Positions 31,479-40,645 of a stretch of DNA of 64,000 nt are shown here, in pieces. The translations under genes were made by a program, and so were the position numbers. The stretch is taken from contig CAZTPW010000002.1 in NCBI GenBank assembly GCA_964615725.1, positions 5,656 to 69,655 on the forward strand. Direction: 5' to 3'. This DNA is from an uncultured Candidatus Saccharibacteria bacterium. Its GTDB lineage: Bacteria > Patescibacteriota > Minisyncoccia > Phycocordibacterales > CAZTPW01. How positions within the stretch are numbered: the first letter of the stretch is position 1; the number at the start of each line of letters is the position of its first letter. The notes under the pieces were generated by a model. It was given only the letters and a program-made list of their open reading frames with translations. It made no database searches and had not been told where the DNA came from.

Positions 31479-31849
31479 GCGCAAGGAGGTGTTCCTCCAC
31501 ATGCCGCATAGGGTTGCGCCTTTGCGAAGACGGGAGTTGTTAACCCGTATCGGTTACCTCCTTGCGCTTCTTCCTTTATGCCACCCCTTGGCGGTGTCCA
31601 GATACATTCCTCGCCACCAACCCAACCTCCCATGGTTGAGTTCCGCGACGAACGGCCCTGCTCACGTCAAGAACAGGACTATCTGTGACACCCCTTGGGG
31701 TTGGCAGTTCATAAGGGAAAATTCTCCGCCCTTTGGTGGGGACAATAGACCGTGCTTGGAAACGTAGCCCCGATCAATTCGGCGTACAGCTGCTGAGGCA
31801 ACCTCGGCACCCAAGGACTCATTGTTCTCACTAGGGCGGTTTTTGTTTT
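31479..31849 (+). ncRNA. candidate large structured ncRNA (~360 nt)
   Basis: Three consecutive multi-stem domains with long-range pairings; promoter upstream, U-tract downstream. Confidence 0.6.
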
Positions 31850-31883
31850 ATGCTATTTTGATATAGTATTTTCACATACATCC

Positions 31884-32777
31884 ATGGAGACAAATCCTCG
31901 CCATACCAAAATCAACGAACGAATCGCCGAAATCGAAGCACTTATGAATAGTGCTGATTTTTGGCAGAATCCACACAAGGCACAAGCAATGATAAAGGAA
32001 ATGCAGGACCTCAAAACCGAGCTTGAAGGGGGAGGTAAGTATGATAAAGGCGATGCGATCGTTACGATTTTTTCAGGGGCTGGTGGCGACGATGCCGAAG
32101 ATTTTTCAAGTATGCTTTTCCGTATGTACCGCAAGTATTCCGAAAAACGAGGCTGGTCACTTTCACTCATTCATGAAAACCAAAATGATCACGGCGGTTT
32201 TCGCAATGTCACTTTTGAAATTTCAGGAAAATCAGTATATGGCACCCTCAAAAACGAATCAGGCGTCCATCGCTTGGTCCGAATCTCCCCATTCAATGCA
32301 AAGCAGCTTCGGCACACATCGTTTTCAATGGTAGAAGTGATTCCAAAGTTTGAAAAAACAGACTCTGCTATCGAAATTCCCGAGAAAGACCTCGAAGTGA
32401 CTATGTCACGAGCAGGAGGTCCTGGCGGACAAAACGTCAACAAACGCGAAACTGCGGTACGAATTGTCCATCTTCCCACAAAACTTTCCGTGCATGTCAC
32501 CTCAGAGCGCTCACAGGCTCAAAACAAAGAAAAAGCCCTCGATATTCTCAAAGCAAAACTCTATAAAATGCAGGAGGAAGAGCGTATCGCAAAAGAAAAG
32601 GGAATGTATATTTCAAAAACGACTAGCATAGAATGGGGCAATCAAATTCGCTCGTATGTTCAGCACCCCTACAAGATGGTCAAAGACCACCGCACCGATG
32701 TAGAAACCTCAGATGTGGAGGCGGTCCTCGAGGGCGATATCGACCTCTTTCTCGACGCTGAAAAGAATTTGGGCTAA
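31884..32777 (+). CDS. prfB: peptide chain release factor 2 (shortened domain 1)
   Basis: GAGG, E.GVHRLVRISPF, GGPGGQNVNK, WGNQIRSYV.HPY. Confidence 0.95.
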   Translation: METNPRHTKINERIAEIEALMNSADFWQNPHKAQAMIKEMQDLKTELEGGGKYDKGDAIVTIFSGAGGDDAEDFSSMLFRMYRKYSEKRGWSLSLIHENQNDHGGFRNVTFEISGKSVYGTLKNESGVHRLVRISPFNAKQLRHTSFSMVEVIPKFEKTDSAIEIPEKDLEVTMSRAGGPGGQNVNKRETAVRIVHLPTKLSVHVTSERSQAQNKEKALDILKAKLYKMQEEERIAKEKGMYISKTTSIEWGNQIRSYVQHPYKMVKDHRTDVETSDVEAVLEGDIDLFLDAEKNLG

Positions 32778-32808
32778 CGCGTTTGTTGGAGTATAATGGT
32801 GGGTGTCT

Positions 32809-33489
32809 ATGATTTATTTCGATAAAGTCTCAAAGAAGTATTCCCCAAGTTCAGCGGCACTTCACGAAGTGAGCTTCAAGGTAGAGCCAAAGGAGTTTAT
32901 CTCGATTGTGGGCCATTCTGGAGCCGGCAAGTCGACTCTCCTCAAGATGATTCTCGCCGAAGAGAGCCCTACAAGTGGGGAAGTCTATTTCCAGTCGGTC
33001 AATATTCACAAGCTCCGTCGTAGTGATATCACGAAGCTTCGCCGTCGGATTGGTACGATTTTCCAAGATTTCCGCCTCCTCGCTGACAAGACTGCATACG
33101 AAAACATCGCTTTTGCTATGGAAATTGCAGGTCGGACCGACTCGGAGATTGCAGCGGATGTGCCTCATGTGCTCGACCTCGTCAATCTCAAAGACAAGGC
33201 ATCACATTTTCCTCACGAGCTTTCAGGCGGTGAGAAACAACGTGTAGCGATTGCCCGTGCCATCGTCAACAACCCCGACATTATTATCGCCGATGAGCCC
33301 ACAGGAAATCTCGACCCAGTAAACACCTATGAAATTATTCAGATTTTGAAAAAGATCAACGACCTCGGCACGACCGTCCTCATGACCACCCACAACAAGG
33401 GGGTAGTGGATGCAGTGGGCAAGCGTGTGATTACTATGGAAAATGGCCGCGTCATCCGCGACGATGCTTCAGGTAAATATATTTTGTAA
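32809..33489 (+). CDS. ftsE: cell division ATP-binding protein FtsE
   Basis: [34 protein letters not shown]; start may be GTG 32803. Confidence 0.93.
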   Translation: MIYFDKVSKKYSPSSAALHEVSFKVEPKEFISIVGHSGAGKSTLLKMILAEESPTSGEVYFQSVNIHKLRRSDITKLRRRIGTIFQDFRLLADKTAYENIAFAMEIAGRTDSEIAADVPHVLDLVNLKDKASHFPHELSGGEKQRVAIARAIVNNPDIIIADEPTGNLDPVNTYEIIQILKKINDLGTTVLMTTHNKGVVDAVGKRVITMENGRVIRDDASGKYIL

Positions 33490-33493
33490 TACT

Positions 33494-34396
33494 ATGTTCA
33501 TGAATCTTAAAAGAGTAATACGAGCGGGATTTGTCAGTTTTTGGAGAAATGGCTTCATCTCTATATCATCAGTCTTCGTGATGATTGTGACACTTTTCGT
33601 GATCGGCTCAGTCATTTTCACAAGCGCTGTTCTCAAGGAATCTCTCAATTCACTCCAAAATAAAGCAGACATCAATGTGTATTTCGTCACCAATGCCGAC
33701 CCAGCCGAAGTTATTAGTATTCAAAAATCACTCCAAAAACTCCCTGAAGTCGCATCAGTCAAATATGTCTCAAAAGAGCAGGTGCTCGAAGATTTCAAGA
33801 AGGACCCTACTCGTACTCAAGGCGATTTCGATGCACTTGATATCATTGGTGAAAACCCATTTGGCCCAAGCTTGAATATTTTGGCAAAGGACCCCGCAAA
33901 ATACACATCGATCGCACAATACCTCGCTGGCAAAAAAGATATCATTAGTGCCAATGACTATGATCGCAATGGCGCAGCTATTGCCAAGCTCAGCACCCTT
34001 ATCAAGGCATCCAACAAAGCAGGTTTTGGCATCGCTATCCTCTTGATCGCTTTTGCGCTTATTATTACGTTCAACACTATTCGCGTCTCGATTTTTGCTT
34101 CTCGTGATGAGATTGCGGTCATGAAGCTTGTCGGTGCAAGCAATCGTTATGCTCGTGGACCATTTGTGGTGAGTGGCATCATGTATGGTCTCATTGCCGG
34201 GATTATCACCTTGATTATTTTTGCGCCTACGACCTATTTCCTCGGCCCAGTCACCAAGAGCTTCTTTTCAAGTGTGAATCTCTATGAATATTATCGAGCA
34301 AACTTTGGTCAGATTTTCCTTATTATCGTGGGCTCAGGTCTCGCCATCGGTGCGATCTCAAGCTACCTCGCGGTGCGACGGTATTTGAAGGTGTAG
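33494..34396 (+). CDS. ftsX: cell division permease FtsX
   Basis: Four TMs, NTIR..I..R.EI.VMKLVGA…GPF. Confidence 0.93.
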   Translation: MFMNLKRVIRAGFVSFWRNGFISISSVFVMIVTLFVIGSVIFTSAVLKESLNSLQNKADINVYFVTNADPAEVISIQKSLQKLPEVASVKYVSKEQVLEDFKKDPTRTQGDFDALDIIGENPFGPSLNILAKDPAKYTSIAQYLAGKKDIISANDYDRNGAAIAKLSTLIKASNKAGFGIAILLIAFALIITFNTIRVSIFASRDEIAVMKLVGASNRYARGPFVVSGIMYGLIAGIITLIIFAPTTYFLGPVTKSFFSSVNLYEYYRANFGQIFLIIVGSGLAIGAISSYLAVRRYLKV

Positions 34397-34513
34397 GGAG
34401 TGAAAGGGTGGTTTCGTTGACTTTTGTCATCTAAAGAGCAGTATTATGAAGTACACCATACCCGGTGTGCTTTTTGAAAATAAACCTCAACAAAATCCTC
34501 ACATACCCGTGAG

Positions 34514-35719
34514 GTGGAGAATGCAGTTATGAGCCTTAAGCCGTTTCAACCACTCATCAAGTTCGATGGTGTCCATATTTTTCACGAAGATCAATGGACA
34601 AGGGAAGTCGGGAAGAATCCACTCGCCATGCTTCCCAAAGCGCAGACGATCAAGCAGCTCGAGTTTGTCCTGAGTAAAATGCCACGAATTGCCAACGCGG
34701 AAACTGAATTGGTGCTTTCATCACTCCTGACCATTTACCATGATCAGCGTCAGTTCGAAGCTTTTGACACGGTTGCTACGTGGGTGATGGGTACTGGCGC
34801 CAGACAAGGTTCCACATGGGAATACGACCAGGACCAATCTTTTCACTGGCTTCTGACTCACTACAAGCAAATGCTTGGTGCAGATGCTTGGAATGGAGCA
34901 ATCCTTCACAAGCCTTGGATCAAGGCAGGAATTTCCGAGTCACCGCGCCGCTATTGGCAAAATGGGTACTATCAAGATGTGTTGCTCCAAGCTATTGAGC
35001 GTCATGCTGAACAGATCCGACCTGAGATCAAGGCAAAAAAGCCTGGCTCAGCACTGGTGGATTGGAAACTCTTTGAGCACATTCTTCGGCGTGCAATGAA
35101 TTGCGGAGATACCGCTCTTTTGGACGCGCTTCAAAGGGTCACTGCTCTTCAGGATGAAGCTGGTCCCGAATTCTGGAGTGGTGACTTTGCTGGTGGGTCT
35201 GGTGTGCATGACCCACTCATTTGTGGAAAGTTTACTGGTATGACCAGTCAGGTGGTGGAACGCTTGACCGCCATTCGTATGAGCGAGACGCCGTTCGGCG
35301 ACAAATCAATCGAAGAGAAGATTCAGCAATTCTTCCGTACTACCGCCCCTGATCTTCAATCGTTACCTACGCGTTTGATTATCAAAAAGGGGACAGGTCA
35401 GAACAGTGGTCAGTACCACATCGGTTTCTACCTCAATGCAGAAAGTTGCAATCAGGCGATGCACGAGGCTTGGAATACAGCTTTGATGCGGGATTTTTGG
35501 TTTCGAATCCAACCCTCCGACACAACGATGTACTGCCTTCAACAATGCTCGCGTCGCCAGGAACCTTATCGCTTCAAGCAGTTTTGCTTCGGTGATCATT
35601 TCACAACTTCAAATGGAAGAAAGTATGTCGACATATCGATCTTCCGTGGTCGGTGGGATGAACATACACACAAGCTCGACTTGCGCATTCCTTTCACGGT
35701 CGCTGACATGGCGGAATAG
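34514..35719 (+). CDS. hypothetical protein (ORFan)
   Basis: 401-aa ORF (start may be ATG 34529) with own TTGACT promoter and terminator; no motif recognised. Confidence 0.75.
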   Translation: MENAVMSLKPFQPLIKFDGVHIFHEDQWTREVGKNPLAMLPKAQTIKQLEFVLSKMPRIANAETELVLSSLLTIYHDQRQFEAFDTVATWVMGTGARQGSTWEYDQDQSFHWLLTHYKQMLGADAWNGAILHKPWIKAGISESPRRYWQNGYYQDVLLQAIERHAEQIRPEIKAKKPGSALVDWKLFEHILRRAMNCGDTALLDALQRVTALQDEAGPEFWSGDFAGGSGVHDPLICGKFTGMTSQVVERLTAIRMSETPFGDKSIEEKIQQFFRTTAPDLQSLPTRLIIKKGTGQNSGQYHIGFYLNAESCNQAMHEAWNTALMRDFWFRIQPSDTTMYCLQQCSRRQEPYRFKQFCFGDHFTTSNGRKYVDISIFRGRWDEHTHKLDLRIPFTVADMAE

Positions 35720-35745
35720 AAGCGACTTTGCTCTTTTCGGTTTTC

Positions 35746-35788
35746 AGCCACCACGTTGCTCAAGTGACGGAGGTGGTTTTTCTTTTTT
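35746..35788 (+). terminator. intrinsic terminator
   Basis: agccacc…ggtggtt followed by a T-tract. Confidence 0.7.
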
Positions 35789-35891
35789 AAAACAAATCGT
35801 AGCGGAGTAGCAATTCCTTGTCAGAATTTTTTGGAAGTGGTCGAATGTTGCGCGAGCTTTGACGTTCAAAAAAACCAGCCTAGAATGAAGT

Positions 35892-37592
35892 ATGTCACTC
35901 ACATCAGAAAAACCACGAGCCGGTAAGCAGAAAAATCATAAATTTATTTTCGTAATCGGCGGTGTTATGTCAGGAGTCGGAAAGGGGATCGCTACTTCAT
36001 CGATCGGTACCCTCCTTCAGGCAAAAGGCTACAGTGTTCACCTCGTAAAAGTTGACCCGTATTTAAATGTCGATGCAGGTACTATGAACCCCACTGAGCA
36101 CGGTGAGGTTTTTGTCTTAAATAGCGGACTCGAAACGGATCAGGATATGGGCAACTATGAGCGCTTCCTTGATCGCGATCTTTCAAATGACGACTACATG
36201 ACGAGCGGTATGGTCTACAAGCATGTCATCGATCGAGAGCGCAACCTTGGCTATCGTGGCAAGTGTGTGGAGGCGATTCCCCATGTGCGAGATGAGATTA
36301 TTGCACGGTTTAAGCGTTCGGCGGAGCAAAGCGGTGCTGATATCTCAGTAGTGGAGATCGGTGGTACCGTCGGTGACTATCAAAACATTATGTTCATCGA
36401 AGCGGCACGTGTACTCAAGATCTACAACCCTGACGACGTCCTTGTGGTGATGGTCAGCTACCTGCCGATTCCAAGCAAGATTGGTGAAATGAAGACCCGT
36501 CCGACGCAAAATGCCGTGCATCAGCTCGCATCCTACGGTCTCAACACTGATGTGATCATTGCTCGAAGTGAAGTACCGCTCGACATGAAGCGCAAGCAAA
36601 AAATCGCTGATGCGTGTAGTGTGCGACCCGATCACGTCATCTCTGCGCCTGATATTGATAGTGTCTATGATGTACCTATAAACTTTGAACGCGACAACCT
36701 TGGTGCAATCATCCTCTCATCACTTCATCTCAAGGAAAAGAAACTCACCAAAGACGGCCTCGCACCATGGCGAGCATTTGCTTCAAAAGTAAAAGAGGTG
36801 AAGGCGGGGCAGAAGGAGATCAATGTTGCAATTGTTGGGAAATATTTCTCGACCGGAGACTTCGTCCTCACCGATGCGTATGTGTCCGTGCTTGAGGCGC
36901 TCAAATATTCTGCCTACAAGCTCGGCGTGCGTGCCAACATTGCTACCGTAAATGCAGGGGATTTTGAAGGTGCGAAGCCTGATTTTTCAGTACTCAAAAA
37001 GTTTGATGCAATTCTCGTGCCGGGAGGCTTTGGTGAATCGGGTATCGAAGGAAAGCTTAAAGTGATCGAATATGCTCGTACTCACAAGGTGCCGTATTTT
37101 GGTCTCTGCTACGGAATGCAACTCATGGTCATTGAATACGCTCGCAATATCCTTGGCTGGAAGCATGCCAACACCGCTGAGATCAATCCAAAAGCTTCCC
37201 ATGTCGTCATCGATATCATGCCAGATCAAAAGAAGAAGCTCGCGGAGGGGAATTATGGTGGTTCGATGCGACTCGGCGCTTTTGAGGCAAAGCTCAAGCA
37301 GGGCACGGTAGCACAGCGTGCCTATGGATCGCAGAGTGTGATGGAGCGTCATCGCCATCGTTATGAGGTCAATCAAGAGCATATCGAAGCGATTGAAAAT
37401 GCTGGCCTCGTTTTCTCCGGCACATCACCCGATGGCAAGCTCATGGAAATCGCAGAGCTTCCAGAGTCCAAGCACCCATTTTTCGTCGGTACACAATTTC
37501 ATCCGGAGTTTTTGGCACGTCCTTTGCGCCCACACCCGCTTTTTTCTGCGTTCATCAAAGCTGGTATCGACAGGAAAAAGAGTCGGGGGTAG
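35892..37592 (+). CDS. pyrG: CTP synthase
   Basis: GGVMSGVGKG, DPYLNVDAGTMNP.EHGEV, GLCYGMQ, ERHRHRYE, QFHPE. Confidence 0.98.
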   Translation: MSLTSEKPRAGKQKNHKFIFVIGGVMSGVGKGIATSSIGTLLQAKGYSVHLVKVDPYLNVDAGTMNPTEHGEVFVLNSGLETDQDMGNYERFLDRDLSNDDYMTSGMVYKHVIDRERNLGYRGKCVEAIPHVRDEIIARFKRSAEQSGADISVVEIGGTVGDYQNIMFIEAARVLKIYNPDDVLVVMVSYLPIPSKIGEMKTRPTQNAVHQLASYGLNTDVIIARSEVPLDMKRKQKIADACSVRPDHVISAPDIDSVYDVPINFERDNLGAIILSSLHLKEKKLTKDGLAPWRAFASKVKEVKAGQKEINVAIVGKYFSTGDFVLTDAYVSVLEALKYSAYKLGVRANIATVNAGDFEGAKPDFSVLKKFDAILVPGGFGESGIEGKLKVIEYARTHKVPYFGLCYGMQLMVIEYARNILGWKHANTAEINPKASHVVIDIMPDQKKKLAEGNYGGSMRLGAFEAKLKQGTVAQRAYGSQSVMERHRHRYEVNQEHIEAIENAGLVFSGTSPDGKLMEIAELPESKHPFFVGTQFHPEFLARPLRPHPLFSAFIKAGIDRKKSRG

Positions 37593-37645
37593 TATTGGGT
37601 TAGGGTAGAGCACAACGCTCCGCCACAATCGAACTTCACAAATTT

Positions 37646-38236
37646 ATGAACACAGACCTGTCTAGGATACACACGTGGTACCTGATTCGTCTGCTGTTTA
37701 TGCGGGCGAATTTTCAATACCATTCCGGCGGTATTTCAGGCAACCGTCATCCAAACAGTCTTCTCCTTGAGGGGACGTGGCTTCTCCAGTTTCCCTATGA
37801 TGGGGGACAATTTCAGAATGTTGGTGATGATGAGTTCATTGCCGAGCTTGCCACCCGCGAGCCATTTGGAGGTTACTCGACCACCATCTCAAACATGCGG
37901 CCATTATCGGAATTTGACATGGTCCAGGTCACCGCACTTATGGCCTGGGTAATGCAGGATTTCCATACCCGCCTTGAAGGATTCACTCAGGCGCGAAAGG
38001 CGATTAATGCGATCGCGGCTTTCTTTCAGAGGGGAATTCCACCCACCTCTGGACTCTACCGTCGCTTCTGGAATTCAGATTGGGCGCAGTACTACTTTCA
38101 CTCACCGGGGGTTGATAAGAGGGAACGCTCGCACGGTCAGGTGAATGCCATCGTCCTAAGCATCAAAGGTCGTCGCAGAATGATTATTGATGTGAGTGGG
38201 TGCAGCAGGCCTGCTCCTGATGATGAGGTGGTCTAG
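37646..38236 (+). CDS. hypothetical protein (ORFan)
   Basis: 196-aa ORF followed by a terminator. Confidence 0.65.
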   Translation: MNTDLSRIHTWYLIRLLFMRANFQYHSGGISGNRHPNSLLLEGTWLLQFPYDGGQFQNVGDDEFIAELATREPFGGYSTTISNMRPLSEFDMVQVTALMAWVMQDFHTRLEGFTQARKAINAIAAFFQRGIPPTSGLYRRFWNSDWAQYYFHSPGVDKRERSHGQVNAIVLSIKGRRRMIIDVSGCSRPAPDDEVV

Positions 38237-38262
38237 AGCGTTCTTTGGGTTTGTTTGGTGCG

Positions 38263-38294
38263 AAGCCACCGTCTGCGCGGTGGCTTTTCTTTTT
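38263..38294 (+). terminator. intrinsic terminator
   Basis: aagccaccg-tctgcg-cggtggctt followed by a T-tract. Confidence 0.8.
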
Positions 38295-38353
38295 GATGAA
38301 AAAGTGATAGTGTAGCAGTACGTTTTTTCACAATCCAATTGGTGGAAATATAT

Positions 38354-38424
38354 TGCCGGATCGTCTAAAGGTAGGACACCGCTCTCTGAAAGCGGTAATT
38401 TTGGTTCGATTCCAAGTCCGGCAG
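38354..38424 (+). tRNA. tRNA-Gln (CUG)
   Basis: TGCCGGA…TCCGGCA-G; CCGCT-CT-CTG-AA-AGCGG. Confidence 0.93.
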
Positions 38425-38588
38425 CACGAAGCTCGTTGAAACGAGCGAGTTCGCAGGAAGCTTTATGCTTGAGCATAAAGCGGCTTGGAATCGAACGCCG
38501 GAGCGATGTCGAGCTAGTAAGCGAGACCGCGAGGCGGTGCCCAGCCCTCACTGAGCGTCGGCGAGGTGAGAGGCGAGGGCGATTCCAA
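38425..38588 (+). repeat. tRNA-associated structured element (copy behind tRNA-Gln)
   Basis: Hairpins, inverted T-arm copy cttggaatcgaac, conserved core, direct copy cgattccaa. Confidence 0.85.
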
Positions 38589-38603
38589 TTCTCACGAAAA
38601 TAT

Positions 38604-39113
38604 ATGGATACACTCTCAGAAAAAATATTAAATAGACGTATGGTTAAGCTTTTTATCAGATCATGTTTTGAATCGATGGAAATTCTTTCTAAACATCAAT
38701 CTAGTGCCAGTTACCATCTTCCTTACTATTACTTAGCACAAGCTATTCTTGAGTTGTGTCCAAAATTAATTCTTATATCAAAGTTAGAAGGTGAAGGTTT
38801 GTCTGGTGATAATATTAAAAAAGAATTAATGAAGTATGGACATGATCTTGAAAAACTCTTTTCAAATGTGGATATTAAATCAAAATATAATCAAGTTGGT
38901 GGTATAAAAGTTACTAAAGTTACCGAGGAGAATAAAAATTTTTATTACGAATTTGAGACGTTTTCCCCCAAAAAAAAGATTATGATCTATGATTCAGAAT
39001 CTCTTAAATACGGGCTTCTTTCAAACAAGGTTAATATCAGTTACGTTGGTTATCAGTTTAATGATCTTCTTGAACTCTGTAGTATGGTAAGCGATGCTTC
39101 TTTTATTAAATAA
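38604..39113 (+). CDS. HEPN-like hypothetical protein, AT-rich
   Basis: YYL.Q..LEL..K…[10 protein letters not shown] pattern typical of HEPN-fold proteins; start MDTLSEK. Confidence 0.6.
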   Translation: MDTLSEKILNRRMVKLFIRSCFESMEILSKHQSSASYHLPYYYLAQAILELCPKLILISKLEGEGLSGDNIKKELMKYGHDLEKLFSNVDIKSKYNQVGGIKVTKVTEENKNFYYEFETFSPKKKIMIYDSESLKYGLLSNKVNISYVGYQFNDLLELCSMVSDASFIK

Positions 39114-39118
39114 TCTAC

Positions 39119-39469
39119 ATGCTTAAAGAAAACCTCTACGCAACAAGTTTCTCAAAAGTGTACCCATACTATATTGCCAAAGCAGAAAGGAAAGGTCGTA
39201 CCAAGGCAGAAGTTGACCAGATTATTTGTTGGCTCACCGGCTACACGCACAAGCAATTTGAAAAGCACTTGGAGAAGGGTACCGATTTCAAGACCTTCTA
39301 TCTCAAAGCCACAAAACCCAACCCTAAAAGGAAGCTCATTAAAGGTGTAGTCTGTGGCGTTCGCATCGAAGAAATCACCGACCGAGTGATGCGCGAAATC
39401 CGCTATCTCGACAAACTCATTGACGAACTTGCAAAAGGGAAGAAGATGGAGGCTATCCTGCGCGCGTAG
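39119..39469 (+). CDS. DUF2200 family protein
   Basis: [18 protein letters not shown]…WLTGY…[12 protein letters not shown]…IRYLDKL.DELAKGK. Confidence 0.9.
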   Translation: MLKENLYATSFSKVYPYYIAKAERKGRTKAEVDQIICWLTGYTHKQFEKHLEKGTDFKTFYLKATKPNPKRKLIKGVVCGVRIEEITDRVMREIRYLDKLIDELAKGKKMEAILRA

Positions 39470-39523
39470 CCGCCTTGTATAATAGGGTTATCCGTAGCAA
39501 GATATGCTTTCAAAATCATTACT

Positions 39524-40195
39524 ATGAAAAATCGATACAACAACCTATTAAGTAAGTATAATAAGAAAATCTTAGCGCTTTGCCCCTATAACCCTTTTTT
39601 GTTTACTCTTAACGCGTTAGAGATTCAGAAGATTCATCACCCAACCATGAGAATACTTGAGGTTGGTTCTGGTGAAGGTGATTCAGCATTACCAATTCTA
39701 CAGACCACCACTGCAAAGCTCGATCTCCTCGATGTTTCAGAAGAGATGATTGCAACTTCAAAAAACACACTTCAGTCTTATAAAGAAAGGGTCAATTTTA
39801 TATGCGAAGATGCCCTTATTTATTTAAAAAAGGCAGATCCTTATGATCTGATCTATTCGGCTTGGACAATTCATAATTTTCCTCAGAAAGATAAGAAGGT
39901 TCTCCTCCAGGAAATGTATTCAAATTTAAAGTCAGGTGGCACCCTTATGATTTTGGACAAGGTGTATCAGGATAATAATCGTGAAGATTTTTTGCAGCGA
40001 CAAAATAATCGATATAAAAATTACCTCGATAAGGAACTTGCCAATGCGATTATTGAGCACGAGATCGAAGATGCTACAGATGAATATAGACTTGATGAAA
40101 CATCTTTTTCCACACTTCTCAAATCTATTGGCTTTCGAAGTGTCGATAGTATCGATCGAATTGAAAGAGATTGTTTGATACGAGCAGTCAAGTAA
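39524..40195 (+). CDS. class I SAM-dependent methyltransferase
   Basis: ILEVGSGEG, LKSGG. Confidence 0.88.
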   Translation: MKNRYNNLLSKYNKKILALCPYNPFLFTLNALEIQKIHHPTMRILEVGSGEGDSALPILQTTTAKLDLLDVSEEMIATSKNTLQSYKERVNFICEDALIYLKKADPYDLIYSAWTIHNFPQKDKKVLLQEMYSNLKSGGTLMILDKVYQDNNREDFLQRQNNRYKNYLDKELANAIIEHEIEDATDEYRLDETSFSTLLKSIGFRSVDSIDRIERDCLIRAVK

Positions 40196-40210
40196 CCTTA
40201 TTAAAAAACC

Positions 40211-40609
40211 ATGATCCACATACGCTACAAACTCAACATATCACCTCACCACGGAATCGGTCTCTTTGCAGATGAAGATCTCAAAGCTGGTCAACTCGTC
40301 TATACAGCAAGTCCTCTCCTTGATGTAAATATCACAGAGGAGCAATTTGCGTCACTTCACGAAAAAGAAAAGGAAGAAATTCGTTGGTGGGGTTTTAAAA
40401 TTGAAGACAAAGGAGTTTGGCATGTCGATTTTGATGTATCAAAATTCATTAATCACTCATACACACCAACACTCACGCAAAGTCCGGACCATACTGATGC
40501 ATATCTTGTTACAACACGTGAGGTGAAAAGTGGGGAAGAACTCACGCAAAATTATTTAGAATTCGAATCTCCTGAAGATTTGAAGCGTAGAGGCATACCA
40601 GTCAAGTAA
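40211..40609 (+). CDS. SET-domain protein
   Basis: HGIGLFA.EDL..G, FINHS..P, GEELT.NY. Confidence 0.9.
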   Translation: MIHIRYKLNISPHHGIGLFADEDLKAGQLVYTASPLLDVNITEEQFASLHEKEKEEIRWWGFKIEDKGVWHVDFDVSKFINHSYTPTLTQSPDHTDAYLVTTREVKSGEELTQNYLEFESPEDLKRRGIPVK

Positions 40610-40645
40610 CACATCGCACCACCTCTCCCATGCTAAAATAAACCC

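Noticed and set aside
31479-31849. tmRNA, SRP RNA or a prfB frameshift exon
   Set aside because: ccacca at ~31614 has no preceding T-arm; no SRP helix-8 motif; no CTTTGA slippery site, and a U-tract separates it from prfB.
38436-38603. N-terminal extension of the 225-aa ORF
   Set aside because: Read-through of the GC-rich structured element; composition shifts sharply at ATG 38604.
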